NCBI GenBank assembly: GCA_021613535.1
Contig: CP075492.1
Coordinates: 8,370,001-8,434,000 of the forward strand
Direction of reading: 5' to 3'
Source of the DNA: Adineta vaga
Lineage: Eukaryota > Animalia > Rotifera
DNA: 64,000 nucleotides
Shown here: positions 52,701 to 64,000 of the stretch, piece after piece
How positions within the stretch are numbered: position 1 is the first letter of the stretch
Layout: every line of letters starts with the position of its first letter
Made by a program: the position numbers and the translations under genes
The notes under the pieces: model-generated
The model's input: the letters and a program-made list of their open reading frames with translations, nothing else
Told to the model about the DNA's origin: nothing
Database searches by the model: none

Positions 52701-53814
52701 TCCACCAATGATAATTGAAGGTAAAAAAGTCACATCAGCAAGCGCTTCCGCACGTGATAATGATGATCATCTCCAACAATCAATGAATTCAACACGAAGT
52801 AAAATTTCAGCTGGTGCACAAAGATCACAAAATATCGCAAAAATTAGTACAACTAGTTCAATGACATCAGTAACTCGCGATGAAAATGCTTTAAAAGATG
52901 AAAGTTTAACAATTACTGATACACTACCGAATAAAAGTATCAATCGTCGATCGACAAATATCGAACGAAAACCAACGAAATCAAGAACGATGGAGTTTAC
53001 AGTTCGAGATGGAGCTAAATGGCAAAATGGATCATTAGAGTAAGAAACTATTCATACACGATACGAAAGAATTGAATTTGAAGTGAGACTACTTCTAAGA
53101 CTCAGCCTTACCTACTGTACTCAGTATATCAGCTAAGAAGAAATTTCAACTTTGATAATATACATTCAAACCACCTGTAGAATATCTTTTGCGTAGTTTT
53201 AAATATATTCCGTTTTTTTAGTTCAGTACCTTCGAAATCCATTTCTTCACCTGGACCTCGTCAATCTTTGCGAGGTAGTATGGCTCGACCATCTACACCA
53301 TCAAATCCAACGAATTCGAGTAAATAAATAAAAATATTTTCTAATCGTTCTCATCAATGAATGATGTTATACTTCAGAATTGGCTAATCAATTTATTGCA
53401 TATGATATCGATGATGGTCGATCATCGCGTGCATGTCAAGATATAAACGATGAAGAATCATTCAATCAACTTCGAGAAGAACTTTGTTCAGAATGTTCGT
53501 CTCGATTTTTCTTTTCTTTCTATTTTCTTTACATTTTTCTTCATAGTGGGTATGAATAGTCCAGGGTGGGATGCAAGCTTAAGTGAACATGTATTGAAAA
53601 ATCTTCCTGAAACTAAATCGCATCTTTATGAAAAAAAATTACACGATAATTTAACTATGCTTGAAGTCCAATTACGGTTAGTTTTATCTCTTAAAACAAA
53701 AATATTTTAATTGGAATTGTCGGTTTTTGTATTTTTAGAGAGAGCGAATCATTTCAACGTACACAGAGAGATGATGATGATTCAACAGTACATGAAGAAA
53801 TTCGAAATTTATAA
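49785..53814 (+). CDS. ZBBX: Zinc finger B-box domain-containing protein (ZBBX-like)
   Basis: N-terminal coiled coil and IWDKGKSG. B-box CGQCEKDEAKM|KCLECAESYCTTCFAHFHLRGALQRH. Conserved GNYDEKTSAASFQQALMQWR. Long S/P-rich tail. Confidence 0.8.
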
Positions 53815-54272
53815 ACATTCTCTTATGTACTGACCAGTGATCTTTACTTCATATGATATGCTAGTAGACTGTGTGTTTATATATATTTTTTTGGTTTTCA
53901 TCTAATCGATTTATTTCATTGAATAAAAAAGAAATACATTCAAATGCTATAATATTCAAGATTTGAATGCTTACAGTATTCAGTACTTCAGAACACTATG
54001 ATTTCTTGAAAATCACTCATTTCTCTACGTCCGAAACCTGGTTGGTTAAACCTCCAAAATCCATCTTTTACTATATGGACGAATACTTTTCCGTCTTATT
54101 GTTTCTTCTCAACAATTAAAGGAAAAAAATCATTGCACACAACATTACATCATTTTTTTTATGTACGACTCATTATTTAAGATATAATAATATGTCCTCC
54201 TTTAGATTGACATCATTTCATCATTTATTTCGACGTTGTTATTTTACTAATACAAGCAATCTATTCTATCCA

Positions 54273-55501
54273 ATGGAAGCTATACAAGAGAAAGCTAAAC
54301 TAGCTGATGAACGTATTCAACAACTGAAATCATTAATTGCTACTATGGGTACGAGTAAGTAAACTGAATTTGTGATATTTTACTAACATTTTCTTTCGAT
54401 TCTAGGACAACTTGATCCCGAAGTCTACTTTAAAGTACTTCAGGAGGAAAATACACGACTAAAATCACGAGTTCAAAGTCTTGTCAATGAATTAAGTACA
54501 TTAGAAAACGAACGTGGAGGTAGTTTTTCTATCGATACTTATTAGAAAGTATTTAGAATGTTGCTACTTCTAGTAAAACAAGAATATGATTTTGTGAACA
54601 AAGTTCCAAAAGCTCCTACTCAATCAACAAATAAACCCGTGGAAATCTCAAAAGCAACTGGTGAACCTGCGGCGGCGGTTACTTCTACTGCCAGTGGAGA
54701 ACAATCAGAAAATAAAGAGAAGAAAGAGAAGAAAAAGAAACCTGCTAAAGAAGGTTCGAAGAAAATTTGGAAACAATCTTTTGAAATGAATTTGTTCTAT
54801 TTCAATAGAAACAGCAGCAAAACCAGCAGCTAATACAGCTATTGATATCACTCGATTTGATTTACGTGTGGGAAAAATTGTATCAGTTGAAAAACATCCT
54901 GATGCCGATTCCTTATATGTTGAACAAATCGATCTTGGTGAAGAAAAACCACGAACAGTAATGAGAAACTTTTGATTTTTCTGTCTCTTTTCAATCATAT
55001 ATCTTCGTGCTTATTTAGGTATGTAGTGGTCTTGTAAAACATATGCCAACAAGTGATGTAAGTGATAAAAATAATTCTCATTATTTTTTTATGATCAATG
55101 ATATATTTTAGCTTGATCAAAAATTGGTTATTGTTTTATGTAATTTAAAACCAGCTAAAATGCGTGGAATTATGTCCGAAGGAAGTATGTAGAAATCGTT
55201 TAATGTAAATACATGTACTTAATTCATTGTTTCTCTAGTGGTTATGTGTGCATCTACACCGGATAAAGTTGAATTACTCGAACCACCTACTGATAGTAAA
55301 CCTGGTGATCGAGTAGAATGTGAAGGCTATGATTGCACATTACCGGATGCTCAAATAAAGAAGGAATTGTCTGATCAAATTTTACCTTCTTTAAGTACGA
55401 ATGATAAAGGTGAAGCAACATTCAAAGGTGTTCTATGGAAAGTAGGCAGCGGTAAAGGTGTTATTAAGTCTAAAACATTGATCAATGTACCTATTAAATG
55501 A
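54273..55501 (+). CDS. AIMP1: Aminoacyl-tRNA synthetase complex protein AIMP1 (p43/EMAP II)
   Basis: N-terminal coiled coil (LQEENTRLK), K-rich linker, and OB fold [34 protein letters not shown]|[25 protein letters not shown]-type motifs. Confidence 0.92.
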
Positions 55502-57455
55502 TTTCATGAAAAACACGTTCTTTTTTTTGGGACAAGAATGTTTTCATTATCATATTGTTAAACTCTTTTCTTTCCGACTAAATAAAGAGATGGATGATAT
55601 GATGAATCGTTTTAAAAGTAAAAGTCTGTTTTAATTACTGTCTATGATAAGAATAGCATTTATTACACATGTTAAATTAATCTATTTCTTCATTGATAAT
55701 CCATCTATCTAACAGCGTCCTCTGTCGTTGGCAAAAAAACAGTCGAAAAATCTGTCAATCGACTACATATATTCTGTCTAATATCTATGCGCAAGATTTT
55801 TTAAATTGATGAAATACCACAAGCAGTTGATAGATAAAGAGGCATGAATTCTTGACTAATGGTCGTCATTTTTTCCCTGTTAGTTTGACTTTAAGCGTCT
55901 CTGCATGTATCTCTGTTTCTTTCTCACATACCATACCCTTCTTCCTTTCTTTCGGTTGGTTTCTTTCCCTTTTTTTCTTTCCTTTCTTCCAGCTAGCTTA
56001 CAGTCTTTTCTTCATCTTCATCGTTTTCTTGGCCTTATTTTTCACTGATTTAGTCTGTACATAATTCTGTCGGCAATTTTTCCATGTGACGACTAGAAGT
56101 TTTTTTTCCCTCTTTCTTTTGCAATTAAAGTGAATAAGTGTATCTTTTCATACATGCAATTTTTTTTCCCGGTGATTTACAATGTTAAAAAACAGCTATA
56201 ATCTTGTTGAGAAAGTGTATTTTGATGTTTATTTGACTATGAGAAAGAGATAAAAAAAAGCGCAATGTCATCAATAAATAGAAACAATAGAGAAAAAAAC
56301 AACATGCTCTTCTTTGTCTTATATTCAATGATAAGAGACAACAAACAAATATAGTAATAGAGCTACTACATCGTCCTCGCCGTCTATATTACGAATGAGT
56401 ATCTGTTTCTCTCTTTTTCTCTGTACGTCTTTCCTTTCTAGCGCTCTTTTGCTTGCTTTCGATTAGAAAGACGAGAGGGGATGTTGTGTATATTGCATCC
56501 CCCTTCTCATACCTCTCTTTTCTTTCTTCATTCAATCTAAAGGAATAAAGAAACAACGACAACGTACATTTTGCCCCCATGCAATCGTCTTAATACACAA
56601 CAAAACTCGTCGTCAGATGGCCGATTGTTATTTTTTTTGACGAGTCAAACTTTCTTTCTATCTTCTATCAAGTTAATACTCATACAACGAAAGTCTTCGT
56701 TCCTTTTTTTCCACACTTTTAATGTACGTGTATGTTTACACACATCGTTCTCTTGACGTTGTATAGAATCTAAAAGACAAACATTGCTTGTATATGTATG
56801 TACGCACGCATATGAAATAGACAGCGACGGAAAGAATGCGCATGCACACACACATACAACCTCACGACACTTGCTATAGCTGTTCGGGCATCTGTCCGGT
56901 GAGTTGAACTCTATTCTGTTTTTGGCTTTCTTCTTCTCCTTTTTTTCTTTCTTTTCTCTTCATGATGTTGTTCATTCTTTCATTTACTTGACGAATGAAT
57001 AAACGGGCACAGTAGATATATTGCAGGAGAGCAAAACGGACGATATATGTGTTGGGGTCGACGTTTTCTAAGCGAAGAGAGAGAGAAGAAGAAGAAGAAA
57101 AATATTAAGCTGTCGTCGATTTTTGACAATTTTGCCGGCCAATGCCATCATCATCATCATTACCCTTCATCTGACTTGTTATTATTCTAGATCATCATCT
57201 TTTGCTTTACATTTCGTTATTGTCCATGCTTGTCAACTGATCTCTATTCATTTTTGCTACATCTGACAATACAAACAAGATAATAATATAACAAAATTAT
57301 CAAAAAAAAAGAAAGATAGAAAGACGATACACGCGCTATTTGTCTTTCACATTTGTTCAAAACAAACAGTAGTCTTTACTCTGTGATCGACGAAATTACT
57401 CGTGTGATAAACGAGTATCCGTTTTGTGTTTTTGTTGAAATCAAAAGAAAGTAAT

Positions 57456-58302
57456 ATGATGATGACCATGGACCAACCTTCGTCTTCTGGTAAGACAAGA
57501 AACAATTTCCGTATTTTCATATTGTGCTTTTTTTCATTAGGTTTCGGTGATTTTGGCGGTGCTTATGCATCTGATCCATTTGTATCAAATCAATCATCTT
57601 CACCACCCATTGGTAATGATCCAGATGTTGATTGGAGTGTTTTCGAGAATGCTGGTATGTAAACGAGATCCATATACATGTTTGCGTTTAGTAATAAAAC
57701 AATGACTGATTTTTTCCCTCTATTTTATAGACCGATATTTATTACGCGATGATAGTGCATGGATAACACGATTAAGTAAAGATTTTTGGTGGAATCTTGA
57801 TCGTATATCGGAAATGATAACATACGATACTCCATCTGCTCAACAAATGAATAATCGTCCTACCCAACAGAAATTTAATCAACAATCTTTTATGCAACAA
57901 TCAGCTCCACCTTCGAGCAAACCTTTTCCTCAACAAAATCCAGCTCCAATGCAATTTGCTGGTGCTCCACCTCGAAAAATTGTTGGTCAACGTGCAGGAG
58001 GAACAAACGTTTATCGAAATCCTTCAATGTTTAACAATGGTTTTGCTTCACCACCACCATCATCCTCCTCTTCTTCATCATCATCAGGTTCAACCATTGT
58101 TCGACCAACAAATACAAATTTTTCAATGAATACAAATTTTAACATTCCAGACAAATCAAATTTCTTTCAAGCTTTTTCATCAATGTCAATGGCTGGTGGT
58201 CCTAATGATCAAGATATTGAGTATAATCCATTTCAATCGAAAATATCATTTGATAACAACATGTGGGGAAATAATTCCCAACAACCAATCCCGTGGCAAT
58301 AA
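57456..58302 (+). CDS. Uncharacterised 3-exon low-complexity protein with endocytic-type short motifs
   Basis: Exons 57456-57489, 57541-57654 and 57731-58302 splice in frame with GT-AG boundaries. Q/N/S/P/F-rich. Confidence 0.7.
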
Positions 58303-61300
58303 ATGTAAGACAAATTGAAAGAAAAAAATATTACAAAGTCAGTCAAACGTATCTCATCCTCCTTTTTTTTTCGCTTTTCTTTTGTCTCTTTCCCTTACTC
58401 TCATCGACAAAATATGCGCACTTCTTTTTTTTCCTGTGATTTACTCTATTATAATTTCTTCTTGTTCCTAATAGTAGTTAGCCGTCTATACATGTATGTG
58501 TGAGTGTGTGTGTGGGTCTTTGCAATAATAGCGCGTGTGAGAAAGCTTCTTCCAAACTAAAACAAAATTAATTCTCTTTGTATGAACAGCAAAACAAATT
58601 TCTTTCTCATTTCAAATCTTGCTGTATTATTGACTACATTTTCTGATGATAGGATGTTTTGTCCGTCCTTCGAATGACGCGTTGGGTCTCTCGAGTTCCT
58701 TCCATTGTCTATCGAAATGATAATGTTGACTTTAGATATACATATAAACCTACTTGGCTAGTTTCTTCGTGCACGAATGTCTGATGTCGTCTCTTGATTC
58801 GTTCTTCTTTTTGTTTTCATTGCGCAATAATTTTCTTTCTTCTTCTACTGCTTTTATTTGAATGCACAAAAAAATGTTTTTTTTTCTTCACAACAGTGAA
58901 ATGCAACGATTAGATCAAAGGATCTCATGACAAATAATTCCTAACGACGAAATCTATTTGTGCGTGTGTACAGAAAAGAAAACATTTCTCTCTTGTTTAC
59001 AGTGATTCTGCGAACAAACATACGCACTGTATTCTATCTTATCGTTATGTGCTAGTCCTCTACTTCTTTTTTTTGTTTCTTTATGGTTTTTTTCTCTCTT
59101 TTATTTCCCATGCTGACCAACTCCGGTGTTTGTTTATCTCGCTTCCAGTAACATACATTTATCTATTTGTCCCATTGATCAGCATTGTTTATCATCAGGG
59201 ATTGAAGTTTCTTCAGTCAAAACAGTGAATACATTTTTCATCCCCTATTTCTAAAGTGAAAACAACGTACACACACAACAGAGCCTTTCCTTCTCGTTAG
59301 AAACAAACCAAAAAGATACAATAAGACTTGAATACAAACACTTTTCCTTACTCTCTTCGTTTTGAATGCTCATTTTTCTTTTCATTATCTAAAATCATAA
59401 CTCAGATATTTCTTGTTCTTTCGACATTACTAAAAAAAAATTAAAAAAAGATTCTTCAAGCAAACGAAAAACTAGATGCGAAGCCAAAAGTTTCTCTCTC
59501 TTTGTTCCGGTGTGTGTTTGTCTCCTTTTCTCTCTCTCTCTCTTTACTGCGTATTGGGTGCTTGTTTGAACATGCGTGAGATATCGAGTTTGACGCATTC
59601 TCTCCATCTTTACCCACTTTTTTTGTACATTGATGCGCATTGATTTTCTTCGTCAGTCATTTCACATTACAGTTATATACAACTATTCATGCCCGCATTC
59701 GTGCGGTGTTCGTTTTTTGTTCTCTCGTGTGTTTATGTATATTTTTTTTCTGCTATCGCCTCATTGAAAAAAGAAATCCTTCCAAATATCAGTGCATTTT
59801 CGCTGCTCTTCGCCAGTGAACTTTCTCTTCTTTGTTTTTTCGTTTTCATCTGATCGTCTTTCCAAATAACAAAAGAAAAATGGAAATAGAGAAAAGTTGT
59901 AGGAAACCAATATGTATGTATTTGAATTCCATTAACTTTTTTCAGTCATTATCTGTCTCTTTTTTTCGATTGTTCTGAAATGATCAAAAACAAAGCACAC
60001 TTATACTGTTATTTCTACTATTAAATATATATATATATATGTATCTCTTTCTTCTTTCTTTCTCATTTTGTGCGCGGTTGTGTTATTGTGTTGTTGTTTT
60101 TTTTTGTTTCTTTGTTCTCTGTCGCTTTAATGAACTCAATCAATATAAAAAATTTCATGCACAAATTTAAATAAAAACCAGAACTTTAAATAAAAAAAAA
60201 GTGATTTTTCATTATTCACCTACATCTATCTGTTAATCGTGATAGTTAATAACTTCAGCAAAATAAATGAACTATTGTCATTGTTGTAAACACAACTCAT
60301 AGATAGCCAAAGATTATTGAAACTCGGTCGATGTTTTCCGTACGTGACATCAATTCTATTCAAGATCAAAATAAATAGCATATGTAGGAGATTGATTAAA
60401 CTGATATACACGTGTGATGATAGTACCAAAGATTTGATTATATTCCAGTTTCAAGGCTATCGAAAAACTTCTTATTAATAAACTTAATTTTAGTTCGTAC
60501 ATATATATATAACTACTTCAAAAACGTTGACAAAAGTCAATATTATAATAGATGATTTATAGATATAAACGTTTCCCGACAATATCGAAAATTGTCTATC
60601 TGAGTTATACTATGGAAAAACAGATCCACAAGGACAATTTCTCATGCTGTTAACACAATTTCTGGTGTTTTTCACTATGTAATACAAAATTGTTGTTGAA
60701 ATCCCTGGTGTCTCAATCAAGCATGTCTGTGACAGATTGTCAACAGTAGTTATAAAAATATATCATACACTCTGTAATTCTTGTCTAGACCATGGATGTA
60801 AAAACTATTACAGATATTTTCGAATAAAATAATTTTATATAAAACTTTCGCATTGATATAAATGACGTAAATGAAGATAAATCTTAGAATTCATCTTCAT
60901 TTTTTTCCTCATTGTCCAATCGGCATGTGGTAAATGGCATTTCAATATGCAATAAATTCTCAAGACAAAAATATCACTGATCAGACTGATGAGCAACATT
61001 GAAGAAATGCCATCGGGAATGGATAGACATGAGGAAACAAAACAGAAACTCTGTATCAATTCTAAATATCATCGTTATTACTACAAAGAAAAGAAATACA
61101 GAACTACTAGATATAGAATCTGTCGAGTACATAGAGTGTCGTCTACAACTTTTGTTTCTTATAAATTATTAATGATTTTAACATATCTCATGTTGTAATA
61201 GATGTTAGTTAGCATATTGTATTTATATCTTTATATCAACAGGATATTTCTATTGTTGCCATTTAGTATAGGAAATCAAATAGACCAAACAGCAGTTCAT

Positions 61301-62266
61301 CACTTGATATTACTATACTTGTCTGGTAATGATAAATAAAAGTGCTCGTCAGGTGTCCAATTTATGAGAAAATGTTAACATAATATGATCAATGATTTAT
61401 TAAAGATTATCAGTTCTATCAGTAGCATTGACTAGAAAATTATCACTCGTATTCATCAGAAGTTGATGATCTCGGACATAATCTTGATTAATAAAGAATA
61501 TTTAACTATAACAGACGACTAAATCAACTTTTGTAACAAAAAAAAAAGTGTCATTTAAATATTTCTCAATCAGAGATATCGATAAGCAATAGAATCTTTT
61601 CTATAGCATTTATTTCTTCGATTAGATGAACATGTCATATAGGTGAAAGGGAAAGAGTGAGAGCAGAGAAAAAAAAGGAGGAGACTTGTACAGAATGTTT
61701 TTTTCTTTGTTCGAATATCTTCTTGTCTATTCACAAATAATTACTCTTTCTTATCTTCTATTTGTCCTTTTTCTTCGAGCATAACACCATCCCTGATTTG
61801 ATTCATGTGTTGTGTTTACATGAAGGGCGGTCGTGCATCTAACTCTATCTGTAAAGGGACAATTGTCGTCATCGATAAGTCAATGCCATAAGCAGGAAAA
61901 GAATATCGCGTCTATACATAGAGAACGATAAACGTTATCCTCATCGTCAAGGGAATCTTTTTGTGTATGTGTATATATGTGGCAAGAGATAGATAATAGC
62001 TCAGTACCATCAACGTCGACAATCAAGTAAGAAAAGAGAGGGAAAGATGATGAGAAGAGAAGAAAAGACGAACAAGACATTGCTTTCTGAAGGTGATAGA
62101 AAAAGCATAACATTGCCAAGAATTGCGAACGAGACCAATGTTGTTTTTTCATCAATCTAACTAGGTTTTCACCGCCTTGTCACAATGCCTAATAATAATA
62201 GAATAACACATTGAATTATTCATGCTTAAAATTTCATTAAACTTCTCTTCTTTTAGATTTCAAACA

Positions 62267-63420
62267 ATGACAAGTATTCGGAATGCTCCGGTTGATATTG
62301 CATCAGCACGTATTTTACATTATCTTCGAACACATAATTATGATGATTGTGCTATTTATATTAATCGTCTAAGTCCAAATACATTCCGTAAAATTTTAAT
62401 AAATGATATCTCAATTGATATCTTAATCGCTCAGTTACCATTTTCAATTGAAGTTTTTGAAGTTATCTATTCGAAAATCTTCATTCATGATCCAGATACA
62501 TTTCCTTTACGAATTTTAAAACCAGAACAAATTATATCGAAAATGATTAGTATCTTTGCATCATCATTAACAGAAAAATCAACAAATTCAACAACAATTT
62601 CTTTAATATCAAAAGGTAAACAAATGGGTATCGATGATGAACGTTTATTAAATAATCTTTCAAGTATTCTACGAATCATATCATATGTACAACCAATTTT
62701 ATTTAAACGTCTCCTACGTCAAAAAGAAACAATTGACGAATGTATTCTTCATTTTGAACAACGTCCTTCTCATTTAACTAGTACACCATCTCTTCACAAA
62801 TCAATATCAACATCATCATTAATACCAAAAACTCTTGAAGAAACAATTCGCCATGAATTAGAATCAACCATTGTTTGTTGTCAACAAGCATTACATCGAT
62901 TAGAAAATAAATCATTAACATCATCAACAATATTATCAGGTCATTCAACACCAATTATATCTCGAAAATATTCAACTATTTCAACAGGACATTCACCAAG
63001 TTCATTTGATGATATACAAACACGTCTTTTTCAACATAAATCTATTTTAAATCTTGTCGAACCTTATCTATCTCGTACAAAATTATATTCAGTTATGGAT
63101 AATCTTGGACAAAAAGTATCAATAGATAAGAAAATTTTACTTGCTTATTCTCATATAAAAACACATGAAAAACAAATTGCATTCGGTGAAACTCTTCTAC
63201 CATTATTTAAACGATTTGCTTTTGCCTATGAACGTATGACTGTATATTCATGGATATGTTTATATATATATACATGTATCAAGACTGTTTTAGGCATTAT
63301 TCAATTATGGAGACGAGTAACTGACAGTACATTAATCGACGAATGTAATGACGATGTTGTGATTGATACTACAACTGTTTCAGATGTTGGTGGAAGTTGT
63401 TTCGAACGAGCACGTTCTCG
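62267..63420 (+). CDS. Uncharacterised helical protein, 5' part only (continues beyond the donor at ~63420)
   Basis: 407-aa ORF with an acceptor just before MTSIRNAP, an in-frame intron at ~63234-63293 and a GTAAGT donor at ~63420. No family recognised with certainty. Confidence 0.75.
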
Positions 63421-64000
63421 TAAGTATCCTTTTTTTAGATTTTAGTAAGAAATAAAAAGCAGTTGTTAGGAAAAAAGAAGAATGAATATACATTTCATAG
63501 ACTTATTCTCAGTTGATTTCTAATTCTTCGGTTGTTTTTTTGCCTAATGTTTATTTATTTATTTATCCTTTTAATTAATATTGAATGATAATGGAATGTA
63601 TATGAAAAGAAGAAAAAAGATCTTGAGTTTTTCTTCTGCTTCGTAAATGATTCAGATCTGTGGTAAATCCATTCAATCACTCGTTCTTTCTTTCATATAC
63701 ATAGATATATAATATGTTTATCGAACAGCAGTAGTCGACATGAAACATGCCAAAACGATTTTTTCTCCCTTTGGGTCTTTCTAATAAGCATCTCAAATGA
63801 ACAGACAAACGAGTGAGTAGTATAGCAATTATAGAAGAAAAAAAACGTTTGTAACTGAATACAGTTTAAAAGCAAAAAAAATCATCGGGATAGAAAAGTA
63901 ATTGTGTCATATATATACATATCGAAAAAAGTTCACCTTCATCTTTTCTTTCGTAAATAAAAAGACAGAAGTTGTGTGTGGTTAGTTTTATGTCTGATCG

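Noticed and set aside
1-64000. tRNA/rRNA, spliced-leader RNA gene, CRISPR array, transposase/RT ORFs or terminal repeats
   Set aside because: None recognised by eye. Short non-autonomous elements or snoRNAs cannot be excluded without covariance and repeat searches.

Overview
Eukaryotic, very AT-rich, gene-dense window with many short (~50-70 nt) GT-AG introns. The composition and gene repertoire suggest a bdelloid rotifer (inference). I spliced and translated about 23 protein-coding genes by hand: a multi-C2H2 zinc-finger gene, an intronless orphan GPCR, a tachykinin-type receptor, PC1/3 (PCSK1), a MAPEG/TMEM79-like protein, MRPS30/mL65, NOP53, ZNRD2/SSSCA1, TMEM53, an NR1I/J-type nuclear receptor, DCTN4, STRAD, NUBP2, RTF1, an AQP8-like aquaporin, a Hint/Hog protein, OTUB1, a VWC-type membrane protein, ZBBX, AIMP1 and three uncharacterised genes. 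There is also one probable pseudogene. Two signals stand out. (1) An intronless 'mini-hedgehog' precursor: signal peptide, a ~34-aa Cys-rich peptide, then a complete Hog autoprocessing domain that has an intein-type terminal Asn where Hedgehog has Cys. (2) Two tightly packed co-oriented runs of housekeeping genes. In one junction (NUBP2 to STRAD) only 44 nt separate stop and start, and they contain an unpaired splice acceptor, as expected for an operon resolved by trans-splicing. No rRNA, tRNA, CRISPR or intact transposon was recognised. Exon boundaries were read by eye and may be off by a few nt.
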